A stretch of DNA of 32,000 nucleotides, from positions 210,001 to 242,000 of the forward strand of contig NZ_JHXR01000001.1 in assembly GCF_000621645.1 (NCBI RefSeq). The letters run 5' to 3'. The DNA comes from Vibrio cholerae ATCC 14035 (GTDB lineage Bacteria; Pseudomonadota; Gammaproteobacteria; Enterobacterales; Vibrionaceae). How positions within the stretch are numbered: the first letter of the stretch is position 1; every line of letters starts with the position of its first letter. Below are positions 18,951-27,276 of this stretch, in pieces. Position numbers and translations under genes: made by a program. The notes beneath the pieces are model-generated. The model was not told the DNA's origin. It saw only the letters and a list, made by a program, of their open reading frames with translations, and searched no databases.

Positions 18951-20057
18951 ATGTGTAAGCTTATGTCGATCAAAAAAAGGTATGTTGCACTGCTTGTTGC
19001 CATTGGGGTGGCAATTGGCTGGGTCACTTTAGGTGGCAGTGCTGCAGTGATGCATTACACCTCAAGCACCGAGTTTTGTCTCTCCTGCCATTCTATGGAG
19101 ATCCCTTTTAAGGAGTATCAAGGCTCTGTTCACTTTTCCAATGCGAAAGGCATTCGCGCCGAATGTGCCGATTGCCATATTCCGAGCGATCCCATCGGTT
19201 ATTTCGTCACTAAGGTACGAGCGACCAAAGACATCTACCACGAATTTGTAACAGGTAAGATTGATACGCCTGAGAAGTATGAGGCGCACCGACAAGAGTT
19301 AGCGGAGATGGTATGGCAGCAGATGCGCGGTAACGATTCGGCAACGTGTCGCTCTTGCCATGATTTTGATGCCATGGAGCCGTTTGAGCAGTCACACGAA
19401 GCGGTGAAAATGCATGAGTATGCCAAAGCCAATAACCAAACCTGTATTGATTGCCACAAAGGTGTCGCGCACTTCGCACCTGAAGCGGAGCTTGATAGCA
19501 AAGCCTTTGAAACCTTGATGGCCTTTACCGAAAAAACGGCCGCTGACGCGCAGCGAGTTTACCCCGTCACCACGATTGCGATGGGTGAATTGGGTACGAT
19601 CAACCCGACGACTGCTCTGGATGTTGTGAGTACCAAGGGCACTGAACGTACCGTGCAAATCAACGCTTACCAAATGAAAGGCGCAGAACAAGTACTGTAT
19701 ATGGGTGAGGGGCAACGTGCGGTTGTCGCGACTTTAACTGAACAAGGCCAAAAAGCGCTGCAAGCACAAGACTACAAAACCGATGCTTACGGTAACCAAT
19801 GGCGCGCGGTGAATTTAACCGCCACCATCACATCGCCTGTGGTGGATAGTTTAGAGCCGGTTTGGTCTTATGCCGAACAGCTTGATAACGTTTACTGTGC
19901 GACCTGCCATGCGAAAATTCCAGCCAGTCACTTTACCGTGAATGCTTGGGGGCCAGTGGCGAAAAGTATGGGAGAGCGGACGGATATTTCCGCTGAGAAT
20001 CTGGAGATTCTCACCAAGTTCTTCCAGCACCATGCCAAAGATATGGTTAGCCACTGA
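18951..20057 (+). CDS. torY: Pentahaem c-type cytochrome of the NapC/NirT/TorC family (TorY-like)
   Basis: There are five CXXCH motifs (CLSCH, CADCH, CRSCH, CIDCH, CATCH) and an N-terminal membrane anchor. At ~365 aa its size matches E. coli TorY. The alternative start at 18963 (MSIKKR...) is equally plausible. Confidence 0.85.
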   Translation: MCKLMSIKKRYVALLVAIGVAIGWVTLGGSAAVMHYTSSTEFCLSCHSMEIPFKEYQGSVHFSNAKGIRAECADCHIPSDPIGYFVTKVRATKDIYHEFVTGKIDTPEKYEAHRQELAEMVWQQMRGNDSATCRSCHDFDAMEPFEQSHEAVKMHEYAKANNQTCIDCHKGVAHFAPEAELDSKAFETLMAFTEKTAADAQRVYPVTTIAMGELGTINPTTALDVVSTKGTERTVQINAYQMKGAEQVLYMGEGQRAVVATLTEQGQKALQAQDYKTDAYGNQWRAVNLTATITSPVVDSLEPVWSYAEQLDNVYCATCHAKIPASHFTVNAWGPVAKSMGERTDISAENLEILTKFFQHHAKDMVSH

Positions 20058-20079
20058 GTATAAGTAGAGGGATAACGTT

Positions 20080-22527
20080 ATGACTAAAATCACCCGCCGT
20101 GGATTTTTAAAAGGCACTGGTATGGCTGCCGGTGCAATGGCTTTCACTTCATTTTCACCACTCTCGATTGCCAGTGATAACGCACGTGGTAAAGGCGTGT
20201 TAACGGCTGGACGTATGGGGCCACTTCTCTGTGAAGTGCAAGATGGCAAAATGGTGGCGACCAAAAATGCGCTGGCGCAAACTGTACCGAACAGCTTGCA
20301 ATCGACAGGCCCCGATCAGGTGTATACCCAAGCGCGGGTTAAATACCCTATGGTTCGTAAAGGCTTTTTAGCGAACCCTGCCGCACCGAAAGGAGTGCGT
20401 GGCAGTGATGAGTTTGTGCGCGTATCGTGGGATGACGCGTATCGCTTAATCCATGAGCAGCATATGCGCATTCGCAAAACCTATGGTCCAGCTTCGGTGT
20501 TTGCTGGCTCTTATGGTTGGCGCTCCAGTGGCGTGCTGCATAAAGCTCAAACTTTATTGCAACGCTATATGAGTATGGCGGGCGGCTATTCAGGCCACTT
20601 GGGAGATTACTCAACCGGCGCGGCGCAAATCATCATGCCGCACGTGGTTGGTTCGATTGAAGTGTATGAGCAGCAAACCACTTACCCCGTAGTGCTAGAG
20701 CACAGTGATGTGGTGGTTCTGTGGGGGTTAAACCCGATCAACACATTGAAAATTGCGTGGAGCTCGACCGACTGTGCAGGCCTTGAATTCTTCCATCAAC
20801 TGAAAAAATCCGGCAAAACCATTATCGGCATTGACCCGATCCGCTCTGAAACCATCGAGTTTTTCGGTGAGCAAGCCCAATGGATTGCCCCACACCCAAT
20901 GACAGATGTGGCGATGATGATGGGCATCGCGCACTCGCTGATCAAGCAAGGTAAGCACGATAAAGCCTTCTTGGACAAATACACCGTAGGCTACGATCGC
21001 TTTGAAGCGTATTTGCTGGGTAAAGAAGATGGCGTTGAAAAGTCCGCGCAATGGGCAGAAGGCATTTGTGGCGTACCAGCCAAGCAACTAGAAACGCTGG
21101 CTGAGATTTTCAGCAACCATCGCACTATGCTAATGGCAGGCTGGGGTATGCAGCGTCAACAATATGGTGAGCAGCGTCACTGGATGGTGGTCACCTTAGC
21201 CGCGATGTTGGGGCAAATTGGCTTGCCGGGCGGTGGTTTTGGTTTCTCCTACCATTACTCGAATGGCGGGAACCCAGCGCGTGACGCGGGAGTTCTGCCT
21301 GCCATTTCGGCAGCTATTGGTGGTGGCTCTTCGGCGGGGAATGATTGGGCGATTTCAGGGGCGACGCAAAGTTTCCCGGTCGCGCGTATTGTGGAAGCGT
21401 TGGAGAATCCGGGCGGGGCCTATCAACACAATGGTCACACGCTGACCTTCCCTGAAATCAAGATGATCTGGTGGGCGGGTGGTGCCAACTTTACCCACCA
21501 TCAAGACACCAATCGTCTGATCAAAGCGTGGCAAAAGCCTGAGCTGATTGTAATTTCAGAGCCGTATTGGACAGCGGCGGCGAAGCATGCCGATATCGTA
21601 CTGCCGATCACCACAACGTTTGAGCGTAATGACTTGACCATGACGGGTGACTACAGTAACCAACACTTGGTGCCGATGAAACAGGTGGTGGAGCCACAAG
21701 GCGAAGCGCGTAACGACTTTGATGTGTTTGCCGATATGGCGGAAATGATCCGTCCCGGAGGCCGTGATGTGTTTACCGAAGGCAAAACCGAGATGGAATG
21801 GTTGTACGGTTTCTACAAAACCGCGCAGAAGAGCGGCCGTGCAGCACGAGTGGCGATGCCGAATTTCAGTAAGTTCTGGGAAGATAACCAGCTGATTGAA
21901 ATGAAGTGGAACGCGAAAAATGCTCAGTTTGTGCGTTACGCCGATTTTCGCGCGGATCCGATCCTCAATCCATTAGGTACACCGAGCGGCAAGATTGAGA
22001 TTTACTCTAAAACTCTGGCGGGCTTTAATTTGCCTGATTGTCCAGCCCATCCAACCTGGTTGGCTCCTGATGAATTTACAGGTAATGCGAAGCAGGGCGA
22101 GTTGCAATTAATGACGGCGCACGCGGCGCACCGTTTGCACAGTCAATTCAACTACGCTCAATTGCGGGAAGAGTATGCGATTGCTAACCGTGAGCCGATC
22201 TGGATCCACCCAGAAGATGCGGCATCACGCGGCATTCAAACGGGCGATTTGGTTCGTGCCTATAACCAGCGTGGCCAAGTACTGGTCGGCGCTTTGGTGA
22301 CGGATCGCATCAAACAAGGCTCAGTCTGTATTCACGAAGGCGGCTGGCCAGATCTTGATCCGCAAACCGGCTTATGTAAAAACGGTGGTGCGAATGTGCT
22401 GACTTCAGACATTCCGACTTCACGTTTGGCGAATGGCTGTGCGGCGAACTCTTCTCTGGTGCGTATTGAAAAGTACACAGGGCCAGCGTTGGAACTGACG
22501 GCGTTTATGCCACCGAAAAATGGCTAA
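20080..22527 (+). CDS. torZ: Periplasmic molybdopterin (bis-MGD) S-/N-oxide reductase, TorZ/BisZ-like
   Basis: A Tat signal is present ([17 protein letters not shown]). Long blocks match my recollection of E. coli TorZ ([48 protein letters not shown]). It begins 22 nt after torY. Confidence 0.9.
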   Translation: MTKITRRGFLKGTGMAAGAMAFTSFSPLSIASDNARGKGVLTAGRMGPLLCEVQDGKMVATKNALAQTVPNSLQSTGPDQVYTQARVKYPMVRKGFLANPAAPKGVRGSDEFVRVSWDDAYRLIHEQHMRIRKTYGPASVFAGSYGWRSSGVLHKAQTLLQRYMSMAGGYSGHLGDYSTGAAQIIMPHVVGSIEVYEQQTTYPVVLEHSDVVVLWGLNPINTLKIAWSSTDCAGLEFFHQLKKSGKTIIGIDPIRSETIEFFGEQAQWIAPHPMTDVAMMMGIAHSLIKQGKHDKAFLDKYTVGYDRFEAYLLGKEDGVEKSAQWAEGICGVPAKQLETLAEIFSNHRTMLMAGWGMQRQQYGEQRHWMVVTLAAMLGQIGLPGGGFGFSYHYSNGGNPARDAGVLPAISAAIGGGSSAGNDWAISGATQSFPVARIVEALENPGGAYQHNGHTLTFPEIKMIWWAGGANFTHHQDTNRLIKAWQKPELIVISEPYWTAAAKHADIVLPITTTFERNDLTMTGDYSNQHLVPMKQVVEPQGEARNDFDVFADMAEMIRPGGRDVFTEGKTEMEWLYGFYKTAQKSGRAARVAMPNFSKFWEDNQLIEMKWNAKNAQFVRYADFRADPILNPLGTPSGKIEIYSKTLAGFNLPDCPAHPTWLAPDEFTGNAKQGELQLMTAHAAHRLHSQFNYAQLREEYAIANREPIWIHPEDAASRGIQTGDLVRAYNQRGQVLVGALVTDRIKQGSVCIHEGGWPDLDPQTGLCKNGGANVLTSDIPTSRLANGCAANSSLVRIEKYTGPALELTAFMPPKNG

Positions 22528-22556
22528 TCGCGAGTGATAAGAAAACACTAATAGAA

Positions 22557-22582
22557 AGCCGAGGCGAGTGCCTCGGCTTTTT
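22557..22582. terminator. Intrinsic terminator between convergent torZ and the isonitrile synthase gene
   Basis: The stem AGCCGAGGC / GCCTCGGCT has a GAGT loop. An A-run lies upstream and a T-run downstream, so it may work in both directions. Confidence 0.85.
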
Positions 22583-22616
22583 GCGTTCTTAACCGACTTG
22601 CTGCTTTGGCTGAAGC

Positions 22617-24443
22617 CTAAGCCGAGGTGAGTTCAGCTTGTTCAACAATACGATTGTGCGGCTGCCAAGGTGAGTTGATTGAGTCTGGTTGTAGATGAAT
22701 AGACCAGTATTCGTTATGCATCGAACTCGTATGGCTCGCTTGCAAGGTGGTTAAATTATTCACCAACAGCAAATCGCCAGTTTGTAGCCTGTACTCAAAG
22801 CAAACTCTTGGGTCATGACATAACGTGTTGAGGCGTTGATAGACCCGCGACTGCTCGGTTAATTCGCTGACCCCTTCTAAATGAGTGAGGTAGCCCTGCG
22901 CATGCTGAAAATCTTGCCAACGCAGCACATCTTGGCGTGATGTCGAACAGTAACGGACGAGGGGGTGTAAAGTATTCCCGCCATGTTCAGGTGAAAAGTT
23001 GCTGTAGTGCATGATGGTGTTACGCAGCTGTTCGCGCTCTTGACCGTTGATGGTCAGGACGGCGAGTGCAGCGTCAACCACGGTCCAAGTATTCGAGTCT
23101 GGTGATGCAACGCTGTAAACGGCGTACTCATGGGGGGTGTAATCTTCATATTGATAGCGATGTGGGTGTACGGCCATATAAGCGGGTGGGCAGGAGAGCT
23201 CCCAATGTAAAGGTTGCTCACCAGCACTGCCTTTGAAGGCTTGTACGCTAACCTCATAAGCCCAAGTGACAGCAGAACGGTGATTGAGGTACCAAGTTTG
23301 TAGCTGTTCAGCGTCAGCCAGTGGTGCAAAACCGCGCAGCAAAACCGAGCCAAATTCTTTGACCAGTTGGCTGAGCTCTTTGGGAAGTAGCATATCCAGT
23401 GAAGCGCGATTGGCTGGGCACTCTAAATACAACCCCGATTTTTCATGTTGTAATTCTGCCCGTATTTGGCGCAGCGCATGGGCGTGCACTTCATCGGCTG
23501 CGCTCAATTGCAGGTAACACCAAGGCTTACCATCATGAGTGACAGGCAAGATCACCCCAGAACGTTTTAAGTGATTTTCTTTACTATCAATAATGAATTC
23601 GCCGCGGCTGGCATCAAACAGCAAAGTACTGTGCCAAGGCGTTTTGAATTGGCGTTCATGGAACAGAAACAGCGAGTATTTCTTACCTATCATCGGATGT
23701 TCATGAATGCTTAATCGAATGCAATCGGCAAATTTTTGCTGCAAGAAGTTATCCAGCGCTTTGCCTTGCACCATCATCCCCTTAGCGATATCCGCAAGGC
23801 GACGTCGGCGATCTTTGTATGAGAGAGGAGCAAGAACGAATTTCTGATCCTGATTCATGAATTTTTTCAAACCCAGATAGGTTTGATTCATCTTATTATT
23901 TTTTAATTTAAGTTCAGTGAAATTCTCTGCATAGTCAGGATCACCAAACTTCTCACGTAATCCATCAAAATATTCCGTGTCTTTCAGATCGGAAAATTCA
24001 TCAAAATGTTCGAAATTGACAATTTTTAACGCATCGCTGCAATTCATGTTTGCTACCATTTTACGCAGATTGTCTGAGTAATCATAATGGTGGTCTAAGT
24101 CGACAGAGATATAATCAGAGAATGTATGATAGTCAGAAAAGATATAAAACGTCACACCCGGTTCATAAACGGATTCAATGTCACGGATGCATTGAACAAA
24201 CTTTCTTAAAACGACATATTCACCGAGATCGGGTGTATGGCTAAGTACTTTATCTAAGTTATTTGTTTTACAGGGGAAAGCGGGGAGGAGTAATTTAATT
24301 TTCTCTTGGCTATTTACAAATCTACGAATTTGACTTTTTAAGTGAGCAAGCCCGTTGTAACTGGCATTGCATTGTGCAATTAGTTGATTTAGAAGAATAA
24401 ATGAGATCTTCTCCACATAGGTTTCTTGTTGAGCATCGAGCAT
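22617..24443 (-). CDS. Fusion protein: PvcA/IsnA-type isonitrile synthase (N-terminal ~335 aa) plus divergent TauD/PvcB-like domain (C-terminal ~250 aa)
   Basis: The SD GAGGAAA lies 5-6 nt upstream of the ATG at 24443. The N-terminal domain carries PvcA/DIT1-family hallmarks ([25 protein letters not shown], TPWHS). The C-terminal domain aligns by eye, block for block, with the stand-alone PvcB-like protein at 27261-28109. Confidence 0.85.
   Translation of the reverse strand: [608 protein letters not shown]
22689..23381 (-). other. Divergent TauD/PvcB-like domain of the fusion protein (aa ~355-585)
   Basis: [20 protein letters not shown] parallels LVLLRGFETFEHSEQFADY. PLHWELS parallels [28 protein letters not shown] parallels [20 protein letters not shown]. 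Confidence 0.65.
23439..24443 (-). other. IsnA/PvcA isonitrile synthase domain of the fusion protein (aa 1 to ~335)
   Basis: See the motifs listed above. The domain boundary is estimated from where similarity to ~330-aa PvcA ends and the linker ([29 protein letters not shown]) begins. Confidence 0.7.
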
Positions 24444-24582
24444 AAATTTTCCTCATTCGTTGGATTGGTTGAATGCAATTCAACATATTCAATACGGTCG
24501 TTTTCTTGTTGAGTAATTTGTGCACAAATGAGAATGACATCTTGGCTCATTATTGAACCATTCATCAGTAATTGGATAACGT

Positions 24583-24610
24583 ATCTACTCATCTCCCCGT
24601 ACATCTACTC
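24583..24610 (-). promoter_or_regulatory. Direct repeat of ATCTACTC (GAGTAGAT when read toward the isonitrile synthase gene), 20 bp apart
   Basis: ATCTACTC occurs at 24583-24590 and 24603-24610. It differs at one position from the ATCTAGTC core of the 10-mers at 24754, 28145 and 28181. Confidence 0.4.
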
Positions 24611-24620
24611 TAGGTGAATT

Positions 24621-24639
24621 AATTCCGCACATAGGAATT
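24621..24639. promoter_or_regulatory. Candidate LysR-type (T-N11-A) dyad in the divergent intergenic region
   Basis: AATTCC-gcacata-GGAATT is a perfect 6-bp inverted repeat with a 7-nt spacer and contains T-N11-A. It is embedded in further GAATTAAT / GGAATT repeats (24616-24648). Confidence 0.35.
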
Positions 24640-24753
24640 GGAATTAATGCCACAAATTCAAAAAATCGTTTGGTTATATGAAATCTGCTTGAAACCAATA
24701 AAAATTACTCATCTCTAACAGGCGGAATTATTATTTCTGCTATTCCTTGTACT

Positions 24754-24763
24754 GACTAGATAA
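24754..24763 (+). promoter_or_regulatory. GACTAGATAA box 39-48 nt upstream of the cluster LysR start; it contains a -10-like GATAAT when the next T is included
   Basis: The same 10-mer occurs twice upstream of the pvcB-like gene. The proximal copy there has the same orientation and nearly the same distance to the ATG. Confidence 0.45.
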
Positions 24764-24801
24764 TGAAAATAGAACCCAAAGTTACTAATAAAGGAACAGT
24801 C

Positions 24802-25692
24802 ATGCTAAATGAGTTAAAACGCATAGTGATATTCAATAAAGTGGTTGAGTGTGGTTCTTTTACTTGTGCAGCAGAAGCATTAGGTATGACCAAATCTAAG
24901 GTCAGTGAACAGATCACCGCTTTAGAAAAAACACTGAATGTGCGCTTGCTAAACCGAACTACCCGTAAAATCAGTTTAACCACAGAGGGGGACACATTTT
25001 ATCAACGCAGCCACGGATTATTGAATATTGCGGAGGAGGCGCTTTGCTCCGTTAACCACTTAGCGTCAGAAGTTTCCGGAACGATCCGCATTGGTACCAC
25101 TATTGATGTCGGCACTTTTTTGCTCAACCCGCTACTGGCTGAGTTTTATAAGCAGTACCCTAAGGTGAATTTCGATATTCAGCTCGATGATGGACTGCAA
25201 GATTTGGTGGATTCTAATCTGGATATGGTGATCCGAATTGGTGAGCTGACGTCATCCTCTTTAGTTGGCCGTGTTATAGCGCCTTTTGAGTTAGGTATTT
25301 ATGCCAGTCAAACCTATTTAGAGAACGCGCCGCCGATCAATACGATTCAGGATTTAGAGCAGCACGATTGGGTCTATCTCACACGCTTAAATCTGCCTAA
25401 CCAAACCCTAACTTTAACCAATCAAGAGGGCGTACAACATCAGGTCAAATTCCATAGCAAACACAGCAGTAATTCTCCGCTTGGCGTCATGACCATGGTG
25501 CAAAATGGTTTGGGTGTGGGATCGATTGCCAGTTTTTTGATTGATAAGTTGCCTGATGCATCGCTAGTGCGATTGTTTCCGGACTTCTATCAGATCAGTA
25601 CTACCATGAATATTCTCTACCCCAGTCGGAAAAATTTGCCGCCAAGGGTGCGTTTATTTATCGATTATCTGGTGGGAACATTGTGTGGTTAA
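24802..25692 (+). CDS. LysR-family transcriptional regulator (cluster-situated)
   Basis: MLNELKRIVIFNKVVECGSFTCAAEALGMTKSKVSEQITALEKTLNVRLLNRTTRK is the LysR HTH. I use the ATG at 24802, which has AAGGA 6 nt upstream; the ORF-track start at 24763 lacks an SD. Confidence 0.85.
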   Translation: MLNELKRIVIFNKVVECGSFTCAAEALGMTKSKVSEQITALEKTLNVRLLNRTTRKISLTTEGDTFYQRSHGLLNIAEEALCSVNHLASEVSGTIRIGTTIDVGTFLLNPLLAEFYKQYPKVNFDIQLDDGLQDLVDSNLDMVIRIGELTSSSLVGRVIAPFELGIYASQTYLENAPPINTIQDLEQHDWVYLTRLNLPNQTLTLTNQEGVQHQVKFHSKHSSNSPLGVMTMVQNGLGVGSIASFLIDKLPDASLVRLFPDFYQISTTMNILYPSRKNLPPRVRLFIDYLVGTLCG

Positions 25693-25812
25693 TGGAGAGT
25701 GTTTAAACAGAACGCGCAATGAGCAGCATGGGTGTCGATGGCTTCTAGTGCCGGGGAAAGTCACCAAGCCCGTTTAGGGCTTGATGAAGATCGAGTGAAC
25801 GCAGGTATTGAA

Positions 25813-27276
25813 CTAGTGAGGTAAGTTGAATTCTGCCAACACACCTTCTGCCAACACACTGTGAACCTGATGCAGTGGAGTGACCCATTCGATGTAAGCA
25901 TCAGGGCGAACCAATACCGCTTGTCCCGGATAAGGTGCGTGACGTGTCCAGTGTTGAGCATTTTCGGATTGGGTACCGATGCGGATCACATGTACATGCG
26001 GCGGCACGTCAACCACGCATTCGTCATCACTAAACAAGAACAGTGTCCATCTTGCGTAGTCAAGCAGTGAGTACACACGAGTGATCTCAGTACCTTGATT
26101 GAGCACGAAATCCCACATTCGAGTGCCAGCTAAGCCTTCTTCGGAGTAGCGAATGCCCATTCCCGTGATATTACCTGAACGCTTTTCAACGATTTTTACG
26201 TAGTCTTGCGCATGGGTGTTGGTGGCTGAAAACTTCGTTGAGCGTACCAGTTCGCCGGAGCTGTCTATCACGCTCTGCGCCACTGGTTGACGTTCAGCGT
26301 GATAACTTTTCAATAAAGCAGGAGAGGCTTGACCTTTAATCACCATACTCAGTTTCCAGATCAGGTTAAATGCGTCAGCAACCCCAGTATTTAATCCTTG
26401 TCCACCGTTGACTGAGTGTACGTGGCAGGCATCCCCTGCAAGGAAAACCCGGTCATCGACGCTGTAATGTTCTGCTACTGATTCTTTCACGGCAAATTGC
26501 GAGAACCAGACCACTTCTTTAAAACCCAATTGATGAGGTGCCATTGCCCGGTTAATTTTGGCGATAGCCTGCTCTAAGGTGAAATCGTGCGTATCCATAC
26601 GGACATAAAAGCGATCGATTTCACCTTCGCGAGGGATCCATGCCACATCTGAGGTTTCTGCTTGGAACACAATAATTTCAGGGACTTTAGGAAAGTCACT
26701 GTCAATCACACCATCAATCACCGCCCAGATAATTTCGGGGCGCACAATGTGAAAAGGCACATTAAAATGGCGACGCACAAAAGATTGAGACCCATCCGCA
26801 CCAATCACAAAGCGCGATTGAATACGCTCACCATTGCTGAGATGAGTTAGGCAGCCTGCTTGATTGAGCTCGATATTGTCGACGCTTGTGTTGCGCCAAA
26901 CGGGGGCATTCGCTTCAAGTAATTTCTTGTCCAATAGCTGCTCAACAAACGATTGACCTAACATCAAAAAGTGTTTGTGCAAGCAGCCTTCCAAGGCTTC
27001 CCACCAGCTCGATTGGCGCGAGATAAAATGGCCATTAGCCCAAACCGAGCTGGTATTACACGGCTTGCCTAAAGGGTAAAGATCATCAAAAAGCTTCGCG
27101 ACTTCGAGCAGTTGTAAGGTACGGGCATTTAACGCATCGGCGCGTCCGACTTGAAGTGGTTCGGCTGACTTATCAATGATCAGCGCGTTTAAACCGCAGC
27201 GCTGTGCTAAGTAGGCACTCATTAACCCAACTGGGCCTGCGCCGATAATGACGATGTCGGTTATTTTTGTGGACAT
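25813..27276 (-). CDS. Class A FAD-dependent aromatic monooxygenase (PheA/TfdB-type hydroxylase)
   Basis: The GXGXXG dinucleotide fold (IVIIGAGPVGLMSAYLA) and the FAD-binding block GDACHVHSVNGGQGLNTGVADAFNLIWKL are present. At 487 aa it has a C-terminal extension. Its ATG at 27276 overlaps the upstream gene by 16 nt. Confidence 0.85.
   Translation of the reverse strand: MSTKITDIVIIGAGPVGLMSAYLAQRCGLNALIIDKSAEPLQVGRADALNARTLQLLEVAKLFDDLYPLGKPCNTSSVWANGHFISRQSSWWEALEGCLHKHFLMLGQSFVEQLLDKKLLEANAPVWRNTSVDNIELNQAGCLTHLSNGERIQSRFVIGADGSQSFVRRHFNVPFHIVRPEIIWAVIDGVIDSDFPKVPEIIVFQAETSDVAWIPREGEIDRFYVRMDTHDFTLEQAIAKINRAMAPHQLGFKEVVWFSQFAVKESVAEHYSVDDRVFLAGDACHVHSVNGGQGLNTGVADAFNLIWKLSMVIKGQASPALLKSYHAERQPVAQSVIDSSGELVRSTKFSATNTHAQDYVKIVEKRSGNITGMGIRYSEEGLAGTRMWDFVLNQGTEITRVYSLLDYARWTLFLFSDDECVVDVPPHVHVIRIGTQSENAQHWTRHAPYPGQAVLVRPDAYIEWVTPLHQVHSVLAEGVLAEFNLPH

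Noticed and set aside
304-21445. Many ORF-track entries lie antisense to, or out of frame within, the recognisable genes. Examples are 304-597, 1788-2078, the 3197-4337 group, 5300-6868, 7903-8615, 9341-9667, 9861-10256, 10823-11107, 15256-15660, 16184-17742, 19062-20264 and 20348-21445.
   Set aside because: Each is fully embedded in a gene with strong family motifs on the other strand or frame. Their translations are low-complexity or Arg/Ser/Cys-rich, as expected for shadow ORFs, and no start-site signals were seen.
24389-24604. A 71-aa ORF (MYGEMSRYVIQLL...) in the AT-rich spacer upstream of the isonitrile synthase gene, overlapping that gene's first 55 nt.
   Set aside because: An open frame of this length is somewhat unexpected in ~35% GC DNA. 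However, none of its in-frame ATGs has a properly spaced SD (GGGGAG abuts the second ATG with no spacing). I recognise no family, and it covers the repeats I interpret as regulatory sites. It would be worth a ribosome-profiling look, but I do not call it.
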